This document shows positions 53,742 to 63,958 of a DNA stretch of 64,000 nucleotides, one piece after another. Position numbers and translations under genes: made by a program. The stretch's first letter is position 1, and each line of letters opens with the position of its first letter. The notes under the pieces were generated by a model. It did not search any database. It was given only the letters and a program-made list of their open reading frames with translations, and had not been told where the DNA came from. Source of the DNA: Cryomorphaceae bacterium (GTDB lineage: Bacteria > Bacteroidota > Bacteroidia > Flavobacteriales > Schleiferiaceae); assembly GCA_038139395.1 (NCBI GenBank), contig JAYOSU010000001.1:16746-80745 (forward strand), in the 5' to 3' direction.

Positions 53742-56700
53742 ATGAAGAGATTTTTACTCATTTTAATCACCGCTTTTTCTTTTACCGCCAATGCCCAGCT
53801 AAAGTTAAAATTGAAATCGGGCACCTACGAAGTGAAGCAAGGTTCTTTTGTACAAATAAAGTCAAATGCGCCAACCTATGGTGTAGCCGTTTGGAACCAC
53901 GCGATTAGCGTCGAAGATAAAAAAGCATTAGCTGATTTAGGAGTAGAAATTTATCATTATTTACCAGATAATGCTTTCGAGGTTAGATTACCTGCCGGAA
54001 TCGAGGTTGAGGCATTACAAAACGCTGGCGTATCTTCATTTACAGCATGGACTCCTGAAATGAAATTAGATGGTCCGTTAAGCATTGGTGATATCCCATC
54101 ATGGGCAGTTTTGAATGATGGCGATATCGCGGTTCAATTTTTAACTACACCTGAATTTACAGCTTTACCAAGCTTCATTAAACAATTGAAGCCAATTATT
54201 GATGGCTGGTACAGTGCCACGCTTAAAGTCAATAATCTTCAAAAATTGGCACAACAAGCAGATGTCCTCTTCATTCAAGCCATTGAAGAACCGGGTTCAA
54301 TAGAGAACTTTAACAGTCGTTCGTCATCAAGAGTAGCCTATATGCAGCAATATGGTGAATATACAGGGGAGAATATTGTTGTAGCCGTAGGAGATGATGG
54401 GGATATAGGCCCACACGACGATTACAAAGGACGTCTAACTTCTTTGGCCGGTAACTCAATTGGAGACCACGGAGATCATGTTGCAGGTACCGTTTTTGCG
54501 GCTGGTAATATTGACCCTGACGGTGCCGGGTCGGCCACGGGTGCTTCAATGATCTACTACGATTACCCTCAAAACCTCAGTAACATAGACAATGATTATA
54601 ACTTATACGGGATTCGTGTAACAAACAGTTCCTATTCCAACGGTTGTAATGCCGGGTACACCTTGTACGCGCAGCAAATGGATAAAGATATTAGAGATAA
54701 TGATGCATTAATGCATGTTTTCAGCGCAGGAAATAATAATGGTTCCAATTGTGGTTATGGTGCAGGGTCGCAATGGGGCAATGTAACGGGCGGTCACAAG
54801 CAAGGTAAAAATGTGGTTGCAACTGCGAATATTACCTATTTAGACGCTATTGCGCCGTCTTCTTCAAGAGGTCCAGCTGCCGATGGTAGAATTAAACCAG
54901 ATTTAGCAGCTGTGGGTACCAATGTGTATTCAACGATAGATGGTCATACCTACGGAAATAAAACTGGAACTTCAATGGCTGCACCAGGTGTAGCTGGATT
55001 TTTCACAGTGTTACATGGAGCTTTTGATCAACATCAAGGATATACTGCAACTGGAGGTTTGCTCAAGGCAGTTGCCATGAATACTGCGGAAGATTTAGGG
55101 AACGATGGACCCGATTTCATCTTTGGATACGGAAGGGTAAATGCCCGTCGAGCAATTAGTACGATACAAGATACAGCGTGGTTTTCCGGTAATGCAAGTT
55201 TGGGCGGATCATATAATTATACAATTGGGGTCCCTCCCGGCGCAAAGGAGCTAAGAGCAATGTTGTATTGGACAGACCCTGAAGGGTCTACTTCTGCTTC
55301 CAAAGCTTTGGTGAACAATCTTGATTTCACCGTAACGGACATCTCCAATTCCACAACATATCAACCTTGGGTGCTTAATCCTGCGCCCAATAATACAACA
55401 CTGAACAATTTAGCGGTACGAGGAACTGACTCTCTCAATAATGCCGAACAAGTAACCATTACCAATCCAAGCGCAGGAGATTATCAATTAAACGTTTCAG
55501 GAACCAATGTGCCACAAGGTCCTCAGACCTTTTATGTTGTATACTACATAGAAATGGAAGAGGCCGTACTGACTTACCCACATACCAATGAATCTTTGGT
55601 TCCAGGAGCAACTGTCGTACGTTGGGACGGGACGGTAAATGGTCTAACTTGGGAATTTAGCCCTAATGGCGGTACTACTTGGAATACGCTAAGTCTTTCA
55701 CCAATTACTGGTCAAGGCATGGCAAATTGGACTGTACCCAACATTGCAACGGATGCCGCTTATTTGCGCTTAATCAAAGGTAATGACACTTCCACGGCTG
55801 GACCAATGACCATTATGCCACAACCAACCGGATTGGTGGTTGACTGGGTATGTCCTGACAGTCTTAAAATCACCATAAACCCTGTAACAGCAGCCACAGA
55901 TTACACAGCCTATATCCTCGGAAACAAATACATGGATTCCGTATTTACGGATGTTAATAACAGCATGATTATTCCCTATGTTGTGACTTCGGATACATGG
56001 ATAAGCGCTTCAGCGAACTTTAACGGTTCAGAAGGAAAAAGAGCCTACGCAGTAAATCTTCCGAGCGGAACACTTAATTGTCCTCTACCGAGAGACTTGC
56101 AATTGAAAGAAGTGTTAAACCCTCAATTTGTGAGTAGCTGCCAGAGCACCTCAATAGACGTTGCTGTTCAGATACGCAATCCTTCAACCTCCTCACTAGA
56201 CACACTTCCCGTTGCATACAACTATCTTGGCTCTATTGTTAGGGACACGGTTTTTGGGACGATTGCTCCTTATGCAGATACGATTTTCGTGTTTTCAAAT
56301 CCAATTTCTTGGTCAGGAACGTCGAACGGATCCATTCAAGTTTGGACGGAATTAAGTGGAGACATGAACAGTCAGAACGACACCATCATACAATCCATTA
56401 CTTACCTAAATTCTGCATTGTACTCATTGCCTTTCCTGCAAGACTTTAACTCCTTCTCAAACTGTGCTACCAGCCTTAATTGCGGCACAACCGTATGTAA
56501 TCTCACCGGCGATTGGACAAATTTAGTCAACGGATTGGAAGACGGAATCGATTGGAGAACTCATAACGGAGGAACGGCATCTAACGGAACTGGTCCTTCA
56601 TCAGGATACGGTAATGGTGGCAAATACCTTTATCTAGAAGCATCTGGCGGTTGTAATTTTGAAGAAGCGATTTTGTACAGCCCTTGTATTGACCTAAGTT

Positions 56701-58502
56701 CTTCATTTGCTCCCGAATTAGAATTTGCCTACCACATGTACGGTTCAGCTATGGGAACGTTAATTGTCGAAATATTTAACGGCACTTCTTGGTCAACACT
56801 GCTAAATGAAAGCGGAGATAAGGGTAACACTTGGCAAGTTGAGACCGTTGACATAAGCGCTTACGCAGGAGATACAGTTCTTCTAAGATTCAGAGGTATT
56901 ACCGGAGGAGGATATCAAAGTGATTTAGCTATTGACAACATCTCCGTCGTGGATAATATTGGCACTCCAATAGCGGATTTTACTGTTTCAACAGCTTCAC
57001 CTTGTTTAAATACAGCCGTTACATTGATGGATCAAAGTTCAAAAAGTCCAACTAGTTGGGTTTGGAATATAACTCCGGCTACCTACACTTTTACCAATGG
57101 AACATCTGCAACTTCACAAAATCCTGAAATCGTTTTTAACGCCATTGGTTCCTATTCTATCACATTAATTGCTACAAACAGCTATGGCAGTGATACTATT
57201 AGTAAAGTGAATGAGATTACAATTAATCCACTGCCCGGGCTTCCCATTGTAGAAACATTCATAAACACCTCATTAACAGACTTCACCATAAACAACGCAG
57301 ATAACGGCACAACCTGGTCTAAAGGAGATGTTGATGGACCTACTGGAGTGAAATCGGCAGCAATGTATATGGATTATTTCAACTATAATGCAGCAGGTAC
57401 AACAGATGGACTGTTGAGTCCGAAATTTGATATCGGCGGATACACGGACCCTACGCTTATGTTTGATGTAAGCTATGCACCTTATAGTGCAAATTACTTT
57501 GACCAATTGGCAGTGATTGTTAGTAGCGATTGCGGTAATAATTTTGATACGCTTTATCTAAAAGAAGGTGCGGCTTTAGCTACAATGCCAGCAACCAATT
57601 CAACTTTTGTTCCTGGCGGCAGTGCAGAATGGAGAACAGATACGGTTAGTTTAGCTAACCTATCTTCTAATCAAGTTCAATTTGAATTTGTGGGAATTTG
57701 TGGTTACGGCAACAACCTGTATTTAGATAATATTCGTGTTATTGATCTCGGAGGAGCCGCATCAACAGCCAATCTAAATTTACCGTCAATCATATGTGAA
57801 GATGAACCTTTTTTCTTTTCTTTAAGCAGTTCGGACACCACGATACAAGGAGAATTCGGACTAAATAGATCAGGTTCATCTGTGGTCACTACTTACAATG
57901 GAATGGGAACGCATTCTTCAACGCTTACCACTCCCCTTGATTACCATTTAGAGTATGTCTACTATAATGCATTCACTTTTATTGCGGACTCTGCATTACT
58001 CATCCCTGGTCCAAAATTACAACCTCAATTTTCTTTGAGTTTGGCAGGAAACTTAAAATATAACTTCCTAGATGCAACGGTTCCTTCACCATCCGCTTGG
58101 CTTTGGGACTTTGGTGATGGGAATACGAGCGCCATACAAAATCCTCAGCACACCTATGCACAAGCAGGGTCCTATACTGTTTCATTGACCGTTACTACAG
58201 AATGTGGCGTAGACAGTACGTCAACGGTATTTAACAATATTGATGTAGATGAAAATGCAATGACACAAGTGGTATTCTATCCAAATCCGACGGCAGGACC
58301 ACTGAATATCTCTTCATTGAAATCAGGCGGAGAGGCGACGGTTGAAATTTATTCCGCGATTGGAACTTGCCTACAGCGTTCAACCTACGCAGATATAGAG
58401 GAAACCATTGTTGTTGACTTAAGCACGCTTCCTCAAGGGCTGTACACGCTGAAAGTAACGAGTCGTTCAGGAGTAATCAGTCAGAATATCACCAAAATTT
58501 AA
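53742..58502 (+). CDS. Secreted S8 (subtilisin) peptidase with MAM and PKD domains and a T9SS C-terminal sorting domain
   Basis: 1586 aa with signal MKRFLLILITAFSFTANAQ. Triad context is VAVGDDGDIG / HGDHVAGT / GTSMAAPGVAG. The MAM-like domain shows DWRTHNGGTASNGTGPSSGY...YLYLEASG...DLAIDNISV. Two PKD-like units are present (e.g. WLWDFGDGNTSAIQNPQHTYAQAGSYTVSLTV). Confidence 0.9.
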   Translation: MKRFLLILITAFSFTANAQLKLKLKSGTYEVKQGSFVQIKSNAPTYGVAVWNHAISVEDKKALADLGVEIYHYLPDNAFEVRLPAGIEVEALQNAGVSSFTAWTPEMKLDGPLSIGDIPSWAVLNDGDIAVQFLTTPEFTALPSFIKQLKPIIDGWYSATLKVNNLQKLAQQADVLFIQAIEEPGSIENFNSRSSSRVAYMQQYGEYTGENIVVAVGDDGDIGPHDDYKGRLTSLAGNSIGDHGDHVAGTVFAAGNIDPDGAGSATGASMIYYDYPQNLSNIDNDYNLYGIRVTNSSYSNGCNAGYTLYAQQMDKDIRDNDALMHVFSAGNNNGSNCGYGAGSQWGNVTGGHKQGKNVVATANITYLDAIAPSSSRGPAADGRIKPDLAAVGTNVYSTIDGHTYGNKTGTSMAAPGVAGFFTVLHGAFDQHQGYTATGGLLKAVAMNTAEDLGNDGPDFIFGYGRVNARRAISTIQDTAWFSGNASLGGSYNYTIGVPPGAKELRAMLYWTDPEGSTSASKALVNNLDFTVTDISNSTTYQPWVLNPAPNNTTLNNLAVRGTDSLNNAEQVTITNPSAGDYQLNVSGTNVPQGPQTFYVVYYIEMEEAVLTYPHTNESLVPGATVVRWDGTVNGLTWEFSPNGGTTWNTLSLSPITGQGMANWTVPNIATDAAYLRLIKGNDTSTAGPMTIMPQPTGLVVDWVCPDSLKITINPVTAATDYTAYILGNKYMDSVFTDVNNSMIIPYVVTSDTWISASANFNGSEGKRAYAVNLPSGTLNCPLPRDLQLKEVLNPQFVSSCQSTSIDVAVQIRNPSTSSLDTLPVAYNYLGSIVRDTVFGTIAPYADTIFVFSNPISWSGTSNGSIQVWTELSGDMNSQNDTIIQSITYLNSALYSLPFLQDFNSFSNCATSLNCGTTVCNLTGDWTNLVNGLEDGIDWRTHNGGTASNGTGPSSGYGNGGKYLYLEASGGCNFEEAILYSPCIDLSSSFAPELEFAYHMYGSAMGTLIVEIFNGTSWSTLLNESGDKGNTWQVETVDISAYAGDTVLLRFRGITGGGYQSDLAIDNISVVDNIGTPIADFTVSTASPCLNTAVTLMDQSSKSPTSWVWNITPATYTFTNGTSATSQNPEIVFNAIGSYSITLIATNSYGSDTISKVNEITINPLPGLPIVETFINTSLTDFTINNADNGTTWSKGDVDGPTGVKSAAMYMDYFNYNAAGTTDGLLSPKFDIGGYTDPTLMFDVSYAPYSANYFDQLAVIVSSDCGNNFDTLYLKEGAALATMPATNSTFVPGGSAEWRTDTVSLANLSSNQVQFEFVGICGYGNNLYLDNIRVIDLGGAASTANLNLPSIICEDEPFFFSLSSSDTTIQGEFGLNRSGSSVVTTYNGMGTHSSTLTTPLDYHLEYVYYNAFTFIADSALLIPGPKLQPQFSLSLAGNLKYNFLDATVPSPSAWLWDFGDGNTSAIQNPQHTYAQAGSYTVSLTVTTECGVDSTSTVFNNIDVDENAMTQVVFYPNPTAGPLNISSLKSGGEATVEIYSAIGTCLQRSTYADIEETIVVDLSTLPQGLYTLKVTSRSGVISQNITKI
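58269..58499 (+). other. T9SS type A C-terminal sorting domain of the S8 peptidase
   Basis: The last 77 aa are VVFYPNPTAGPLNIS...GLYTLKVTSRSGVISQNITKI. The frame start was checked at nt 58269 (GTG GTA TTC TAT CCA AAT CCG). Confidence 0.8.
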
Positions 58503-59914
58503 GGACGTCTGCTTATCAACCATAATCCAAGTAGCGTTAACAGACCATTATAAACAAGTAATTCAAAGCCTATGGCGTATCCCAACCGGGGTGCCCATAG
58601 GCTTATTTGATGGGAAATTACAGGAGTAAGCAAACAAACTACTAATACCTTCCAGCCCTCTAGCTTGCGACCAAAAATGAGGGCAAAACTAAACAACCCT
58701 ATCAAAGGTCCATAGGTATATCCAGCGGCTGTAAACAAAGTACCTATTATAGTCTCTGATTTTAAACTATAGATTAGGAGCATAACAATCAAAAGAACTC
58801 CCATAAACCCGATATAAACTTGTGACCTTGTCTTGGTGGAGCTATCCCCCTTCAACCCTAAAAAATCAACGCAAAATGCAGTGGTCAAAGAGGTTAATGC
58901 ACTATCTGCACTAGAAAATGCCGCAGCAAGTAAACCTAAAAAGAATACAATAGGCAGCATGGTAGGAAAAGACGGATGCATGACTACTGTAGAAAAAAGC
59001 TTATCACCGGAGGCAGTGATATTATTAGCAGTGGCAAACTCATTGAGAAAAACACCTAGCGATAAAAACAAGAGATTTACAACTATTAAACTCAAACCTA
59101 ATAAAACCATGTTTTTTTGGGCGTTTTTCAACGTTCTAACCGTAAGGTTTTTTTGCATCATATCTTGGTCTAGACCCGTCATGGCAATGGCAATAGCCGC
59201 TCCCCCAAGTAATTGACGCCACCAGGACTTTGGTCCATCTAAGTCTATAAAGTGCCACTGCGAATGACTCTTCAATGTGGACCAAAAGGTATTATTTTCT
59301 GTAACTACCTCTTTGCCAACAAATAGGAATGCCATAATTGCTGCGGATAACATAAGAACTGTCTGAAGCGTATCTGTAATTACAATGGTCGCAATTCCGC
59401 CAGTTGCACTATACAAAGCAATTAGTACTAATATTAATACCGCAGTAAGGACAAAGGGAATTCCTAAGCTATCACAAATCATAACTTGCACAACCATAGT
59501 TACTATATAGAGTCGAGCGGAAGCTCCCACTATTCTGGAAAGAAGAAAGAACAAGGACCCCGTTTTATAACTAGACACTCCAAGGCGAATTCCTAAAAAT
59601 TCATATATGCTAATTACATTGTTCCTATAGTAGACCGGTAATAAAACCCGAGCAATAAATAAATAGCCAAAAAAATAGCCTACAACCATCACCATGTAAG
59701 TCATTCCCGATGAAGAAGTCCAACCGGGAACACTGATAAAAGTTACACCAGATAACGAGGCTCCTATCATTCCAAAACTTACCAATAGCCAATTGGCATT
59801 TTTATTTGCATTGAAGAAGGTCGCATTAGATGCCCCACGTGATGTGAAATAACCCACAACTGCCAAAACAGATACATATAGGAGCAATAGAATTAAAAAG
59901 AGTGCATTGTTCAT
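58499..59914 (-). CDS. Sodium:solute symporter (SSF) family transporter
   Basis: 471 aa, polytopic. The SSF-like N-terminus is YVSVLAVVGYFTSRGASNATFFNANKNANW. Confidence 0.88.
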   Translation of the reverse strand: MNNALFLILLLLYVSVLAVVGYFTSRGASNATFFNANKNANWLLVSFGMIGASLSGVTFISVPGWTSSSGMTYMVMVVGYFFGYLFIARVLLPVYYRNNVISIYEFLGIRLGVSSYKTGSLFFLLSRIVGASARLYIVTMVVQVMICDSLGIPFVLTAVLILVLIALYSATGGIATIVITDTLQTVLMLSAAIMAFLFVGKEVVTENNTFWSTLKSHSQWHFIDLDGPKSWWRQLLGGAAIAIAMTGLDQDMMQKNLTVRTLKNAQKNMVLLGLSLIVVNLLFLSLGVFLNEFATANNITASGDKLFSTVVMHPSFPTMLPIVFFLGLLAAAFSSADSALTSLTTAFCVDFLGLKGDSSTKTRSQVYIGFMGVLLIVMLLIYSLKSETIIGTLFTAAGYTYGPLIGLFSFALIFGRKLEGWKVLVVCLLTPVISHQISLWAPRLGYAIGFELLVYNGLLTLLGLWLISRRP

Positions 59915-59951
59915 GCAACAAATATGCGCAATCCCTTACATTTGAGATGCA

Positions 59952-60569
59952 ATGAATTTTTCAAGTCGTAAAATAGAATTAGCAGTTGAAGAAATCTCTA
60001 GACTACCGGGGATTGGTAAAAAGACGGCATTACGCCTTGCTTTACACTTATTGCGTAGACCCGTGGTACAAACAGAGGATCTAAGCGCAGCATTATTGGA
60101 TTTAAGGAAGAACACCACTTTCTGTGGTGAATGTCACACTATTTCGGACACAGAAATATGCGGTATTTGCGCTAGTCCCAAAAGGGATAAATCAATAGTC
60201 TGCATTGTAGAGGACGTGAGAGACGTTATGGCCATTGAAAACACAGGCGGATACAATGGTGTATATCACGTATTAGGTGGATTAATCTCACCTATGGATG
60301 GCATTGGACCAAGTGATTTAACTATTGATGCACTTCTAGAAAAAATGCAATCTGGCGAAATAAAGGAAGTGGTTTTTGCGTTAAACACAACTATGGAAGG
60401 GGATACCACCAACTTTTACCTGTACCGCAAAATCAAAGATTTCAACGCTGCTCTGACTACAATTGCTCGTGGAATAGCCGTTGGTGATGAATTGGAGTTT
60501 GCTGATGAAGTCACTTTAGGGCGAAGCATACAACATCGCATCCCATACGAACAAAGCCTACCGCAATAA
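59952..60569 (+). CDS. recR: Recombination protein RecR
   Basis: 205 aa. [17 protein letters not shown], a zinc finger [16 protein letters not shown], and a Toprim region. Confidence 0.97.
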   Translation: MNFSSRKIELAVEEISRLPGIGKKTALRLALHLLRRPVVQTEDLSAALLDLRKNTTFCGECHTISDTEICGICASPKRDKSIVCIVEDVRDVMAIENTGGYNGVYHVLGGLISPMDGIGPSDLTIDALLEKMQSGEIKEVVFALNTTMEGDTTNFYLYRKIKDFNAALTTIARGIAVGDELEFADEVTLGRSIQHRIPYEQSLPQ

Positions 60570-62509
60570 TGCTAGACCTGAGCATCGTTATTGTTAATTA
60601 CAACGTCAAAGAATTTCTGACGCAATGCATTGATAGCATTTACAAGAGCAAAACCTCCTACTCTTTTGAGGTTATTGTAGTAGATAACAATAGTATGGAT
60701 TCTGGTGAAAAATCCATTCTAGAGCAGTTTCCGTCGGTTCATTGGATAAACAACCCTGAAAATATTGGATTTGGTAAAGCAAATAATATTGGATTTAAAA
60801 CCGCTAAAGGTCAGTATACGCTCATCCTCAATCCTGATACCGTTTTACAGTCGGATACCATAGAAAAATGTATAAACTTTTTAGGAGATCATCCAGAGGT
60901 GGGTGGCTTAGGTATACAAGGAATAGATGGTAGCGGTAGATTTCTGCCCGAAAGCAAACGAGCGCTTCCTACACCCTTTGTGGCTTTGTGGAAAATTACA
61001 GGGCTGAGTTCACTCTTCCCTAAATCGCGCTTATTTGCACGCTATCACTTGGGACATCTTGATAAAAATGAAAATCATGAAGTGGATATCCTTGTCGGGT
61101 GTTTCATGATGGTACCCACGAACCTATTGCGTCAAGTACAAGGTTTTGACACACGATATTTCATGTATGGTGAGGATATAGACTTAAGCTATGAACTTCA
61201 AAAAACAGGTAAGAAAAATATTTACTTCAGTGAAAGCAGAATTATTCACTACAAAGGAGAAAGCACTAAGCGCGGCAGTTTAAACTATGTTCGTATGTTC
61301 TATAAAGCCATGGTACTGTTTGCTCAAAAGCAATTCAGTGGCAGCGCAGCATGGGCCTACAAACTCCTTATTTATTTTGGAATATACCTAAGAGCATCGC
61401 TAGCCGTTGTGGCTCGTATTGCAAGAAGCGCCTTTGCCCCTGCATTGGACGGCGCCTTGCTTTTTACAGTTTTAAACCAAATTAAAGTCTATTGGGAACT
61501 CAACCATAGATTTATCAATGGCGGTTCCTATCCTGACTTGTACACCTTTCAAATCCAAGGAGCGTATGTCTTTTTATGGATTTTTGGGCTTTGGATAGGC
61601 GGTGCCTATTTCAAAGGAACTCAACCCAAGCACCTGATTCGCTCCATGTTTTTTACCACGCTGTTGATTGGCTTTGCATATGGGCTTCTTCCAGAGGAAC
61701 TGCGTTTTTCAAGAGCGCTACTTGTGCTAGGAGCTTTAATTGGAACGGCCGTTTTACTGGCGTATAGAGCCCTGATTTCTCTACTTACTGGTCAAAGACT
61801 CTTCCAGGAACAACAACAACAGCCTCGCATCATTTTCTACGGGAAAGATTCCAATTTTGAATCGCTGCAGTCCATCCTAAAAGAGAGTAATGTTCATCCT
61901 GCTTTTACTTGGAAACAGAATCCACTTGAAGAAAATGATATAGAAACTCTAGTTGCCCTTATTCAATTACACCGCATAAATGAGCTCATTATTGATAACG
62001 ATTCAATCAGTTATGATAAATTCATTGAATTGACCGTACAACTCGGATCCCATACATCAATCAAGTCATTATTGCCGCATCAGAGGTTTATAATTGGTTC
62101 CGACAGCAGCTTAAGTCAGGGAAGCACTTACAAGAAACAATACTTTATAAGTGACCCAAATTATTTAAGGCAGCGACGAATATATGAGATAGTCCTTACC
62201 TTTTTCATACTCAATGTGCCCGCTTCCCTTCTTACCGCTTTAATCTTTGGGCGCTTAAATGGCTGGAAGGCATGGATTCAAAACGCAGGTAATATCTTAA
62301 TCGGAAAAAGGTCTTTAATTGGTTACACATCCGCTCTAGGCGAAAAGTTTTCACTACCCGAAATACCTGAACCGATTTTTGACATTTGCAGAGAATTGCC
62401 AAAGGAATTAGACTTTCCTCAAAATGCTAAAGCCTTCATTGAGGATTATGCAAAAGAGGCTCAAATCCATACCGATCTATTGCGCTTATGGCAATTAAGC
62501 AAATACTAA
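60569..62509 (+). CDS. Family 2 glycosyltransferase fused to a polytopic membrane region and a C-terminal domain
   Basis: 646 aa. The GT2 N-terminus shows LSIVIVNYNVKEFL, VVDNNSMD and MYGEDIDLS. Several TM helices (aa ~255-400) and a ~240-aa tail follow. The ATG shares one base with the recR stop (TAATG). Confidence 0.8.
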   Translation: MLDLSIVIVNYNVKEFLTQCIDSIYKSKTSYSFEVIVVDNNSMDSGEKSILEQFPSVHWINNPENIGFGKANNIGFKTAKGQYTLILNPDTVLQSDTIEKCINFLGDHPEVGGLGIQGIDGSGRFLPESKRALPTPFVALWKITGLSSLFPKSRLFARYHLGHLDKNENHEVDILVGCFMMVPTNLLRQVQGFDTRYFMYGEDIDLSYELQKTGKKNIYFSESRIIHYKGESTKRGSLNYVRMFYKAMVLFAQKQFSGSAAWAYKLLIYFGIYLRASLAVVARIARSAFAPALDGALLFTVLNQIKVYWELNHRFINGGSYPDLYTFQIQGAYVFLWIFGLWIGGAYFKGTQPKHLIRSMFFTTLLIGFAYGLLPEELRFSRALLVLGALIGTAVLLAYRALISLLTGQRLFQEQQQQPRIIFYGKDSNFESLQSILKESNVHPAFTWKQNPLEENDIETLVALIQLHRINELIIDNDSISYDKFIELTVQLGSHTSIKSLLPHQRFIIGSDSSLSQGSTYKKQYFISDPNYLRQRRIYEIVLTFFILNVPASLLTALIFGRLNGWKAWIQNAGNILIGKRSLIGYTSALGEKFSLPEIPEPIFDICRELPKELDFPQNAKAFIEDYAKEAQIHTDLLRLWQLSKY

Positions 62510-62568
62510 ACTGTATAAATTACCACAGTTTTTTGCCGTAAATTCGAGGTCGATAAACCGAAATATCA

Positions 62569-63909
62569 ATGGCTCAATTAGAATTAATCCTGCCCAAAAT
62601 GGGTGAATCCGTTGCTGAAGCTACCATTACCACGTGGCTTAAAAATGAAGGTGACTTCATTGAAGCTGAGGAAAGTGTTGTTGAAGTTGCTACTGACAAG
62701 GTAGACAGCGAAGTTCCTTCACCTGTTAGCGGGAAGCTCATCAAAATCATAAGTAATGTTAATGATGTGGCCCAAGTTGGTGAGGCTATAGCCATTATTG
62801 AAACAGAAGGCACCGATGCATCTGCTTCCGGTAATGAAGTAGAATCTACCCCAGTTGAGCAGGTTGCAGCAAAAATTGAAAGTCAAGTCACTGCGGCTGC
62901 AGAAACCGTTGCGCCACCGGCAATTCATGAACCTATTTCTAAAAAGTCGAATGGTAGATTTTATTCCCCATTGGTGCGTAGCATGGCCAAAGAGGAAGGG
63001 ATAACTCAAACTGAATTGGATGGAATTCCCGGTTCGGGCAAGGACGGTCGCGTCACTAAAAAAGATGTTTTGACCTACCTTGAAGGTGGTCGTGCTAACG
63101 CGGCGTCTTCAAAAGTAGAAGTAACACCTTCGGCGCAGGCATCCACGCCTGCTCCTGCACCACAAACAGCAACTACTGCGCCAAGCATTACTCCTTCCGC
63201 TGGAGATGAAATAATTGAAATGGACCGCATGAGAAAGCTCATTGCGGATCACATGGTAAATTCTGTGAAAACCTCTCCGCATGTAACGTCCTTTGTTGAG
63301 GCGGATATGACAAAGGTGGTTTTATGGAGAAACAAGGTGAAAAACAGCTTTTTTGATAAACATGGCGAAAAAATAACCTTTACTCCAATCATCATGGAAG
63401 CCATAGTTAAAGCCATTCAGGACTTCCCTATGATTAACGTGAGCGTAGACGGTTCCAATATTATAAAACACAGCGCCATTAACTTAGGTATGGCTGCCGC
63501 ACTGCCTTCAGGGAATTTAATTGTACCAGTAGTAAAAAATGCAGATCAGTTGAGTTTATTGGGACTAACTAAAGCGGTGAACGATTTAGCAGGCAGAGCA
63601 CGTAATAATGCCTTGAAGCCCGATGAAATATCTGGTGGCACGTACACCTTGACCAATGTAGGTACATTTGGGAACCTACTAGGAACGCCTATCATTAATC
63701 AACCTCAAGTAGCCATCATGGCTGCTGGAGCCATCGTAAAAAAACCCGCTGTTGTGGAAACACCGGAAGGAGATTTAATTGCGGTTAGGCACAAAATGTT
63801 CTTAAGCCATAGCTACGATCACAGGGTGGTAGATGGTGCTTTAGGCGGAAAATTTGTTAAACGCGTAGCTGATTATCTTGAATCTTGGGATTTGAATAGA
63901 GAAATTTAA
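62569..63909 (+). CDS. Dihydrolipoamide acyltransferase (E2 component of a 2-oxoacid dehydrogenase complex)
   Basis: 446 aa. Lipoyl domain ...VEVATDKVDSEVPSP, subunit-binding domain SPLVRSMAKEEGI, catalytic SHSYDHRVVDGA. Confidence 0.9.
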   Translation: MAQLELILPKMGESVAEATITTWLKNEGDFIEAEESVVEVATDKVDSEVPSPVSGKLIKIISNVNDVAQVGEAIAIIETEGTDASASGNEVESTPVEQVAAKIESQVTAAAETVAPPAIHEPISKKSNGRFYSPLVRSMAKEEGITQTELDGIPGSGKDGRVTKKDVLTYLEGGRANAASSKVEVTPSAQASTPAPAPQTATTAPSITPSAGDEIIEMDRMRKLIADHMVNSVKTSPHVTSFVEADMTKVVLWRNKVKNSFFDKHGEKITFTPIIMEAIVKAIQDFPMINVSVDGSNIIKHSAINLGMAAALPSGNLIVPVVKNADQLSLLGLTKAVNDLAGRARNNALKPDEISGGTYTLTNVGTFGNLLGTPIINQPQVAIMAAGAIVKKPAVVETPEGDLIAVRHKMFLSHSYDHRVVDGALGGKFVKRVADYLESWDLNREI

Positions 63910-63934
63910 GTTCAGTACATTAACCGTATTTTAG

Positions 63935-63958
63935 AACCGCCTTTGGGCGGTTTTTTTT
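63935..63958 (+). terminator. Rho-independent terminator after the E2 gene
   Basis: AACCGCC-TTTG-GGCGGTT followed by TTTTTT. Confidence 0.8.

Noticed and set aside
58833-59216. 127-aa plus-strand ORF
   Set aside because: Antisense to the SSF transporter gene, with no supporting features.
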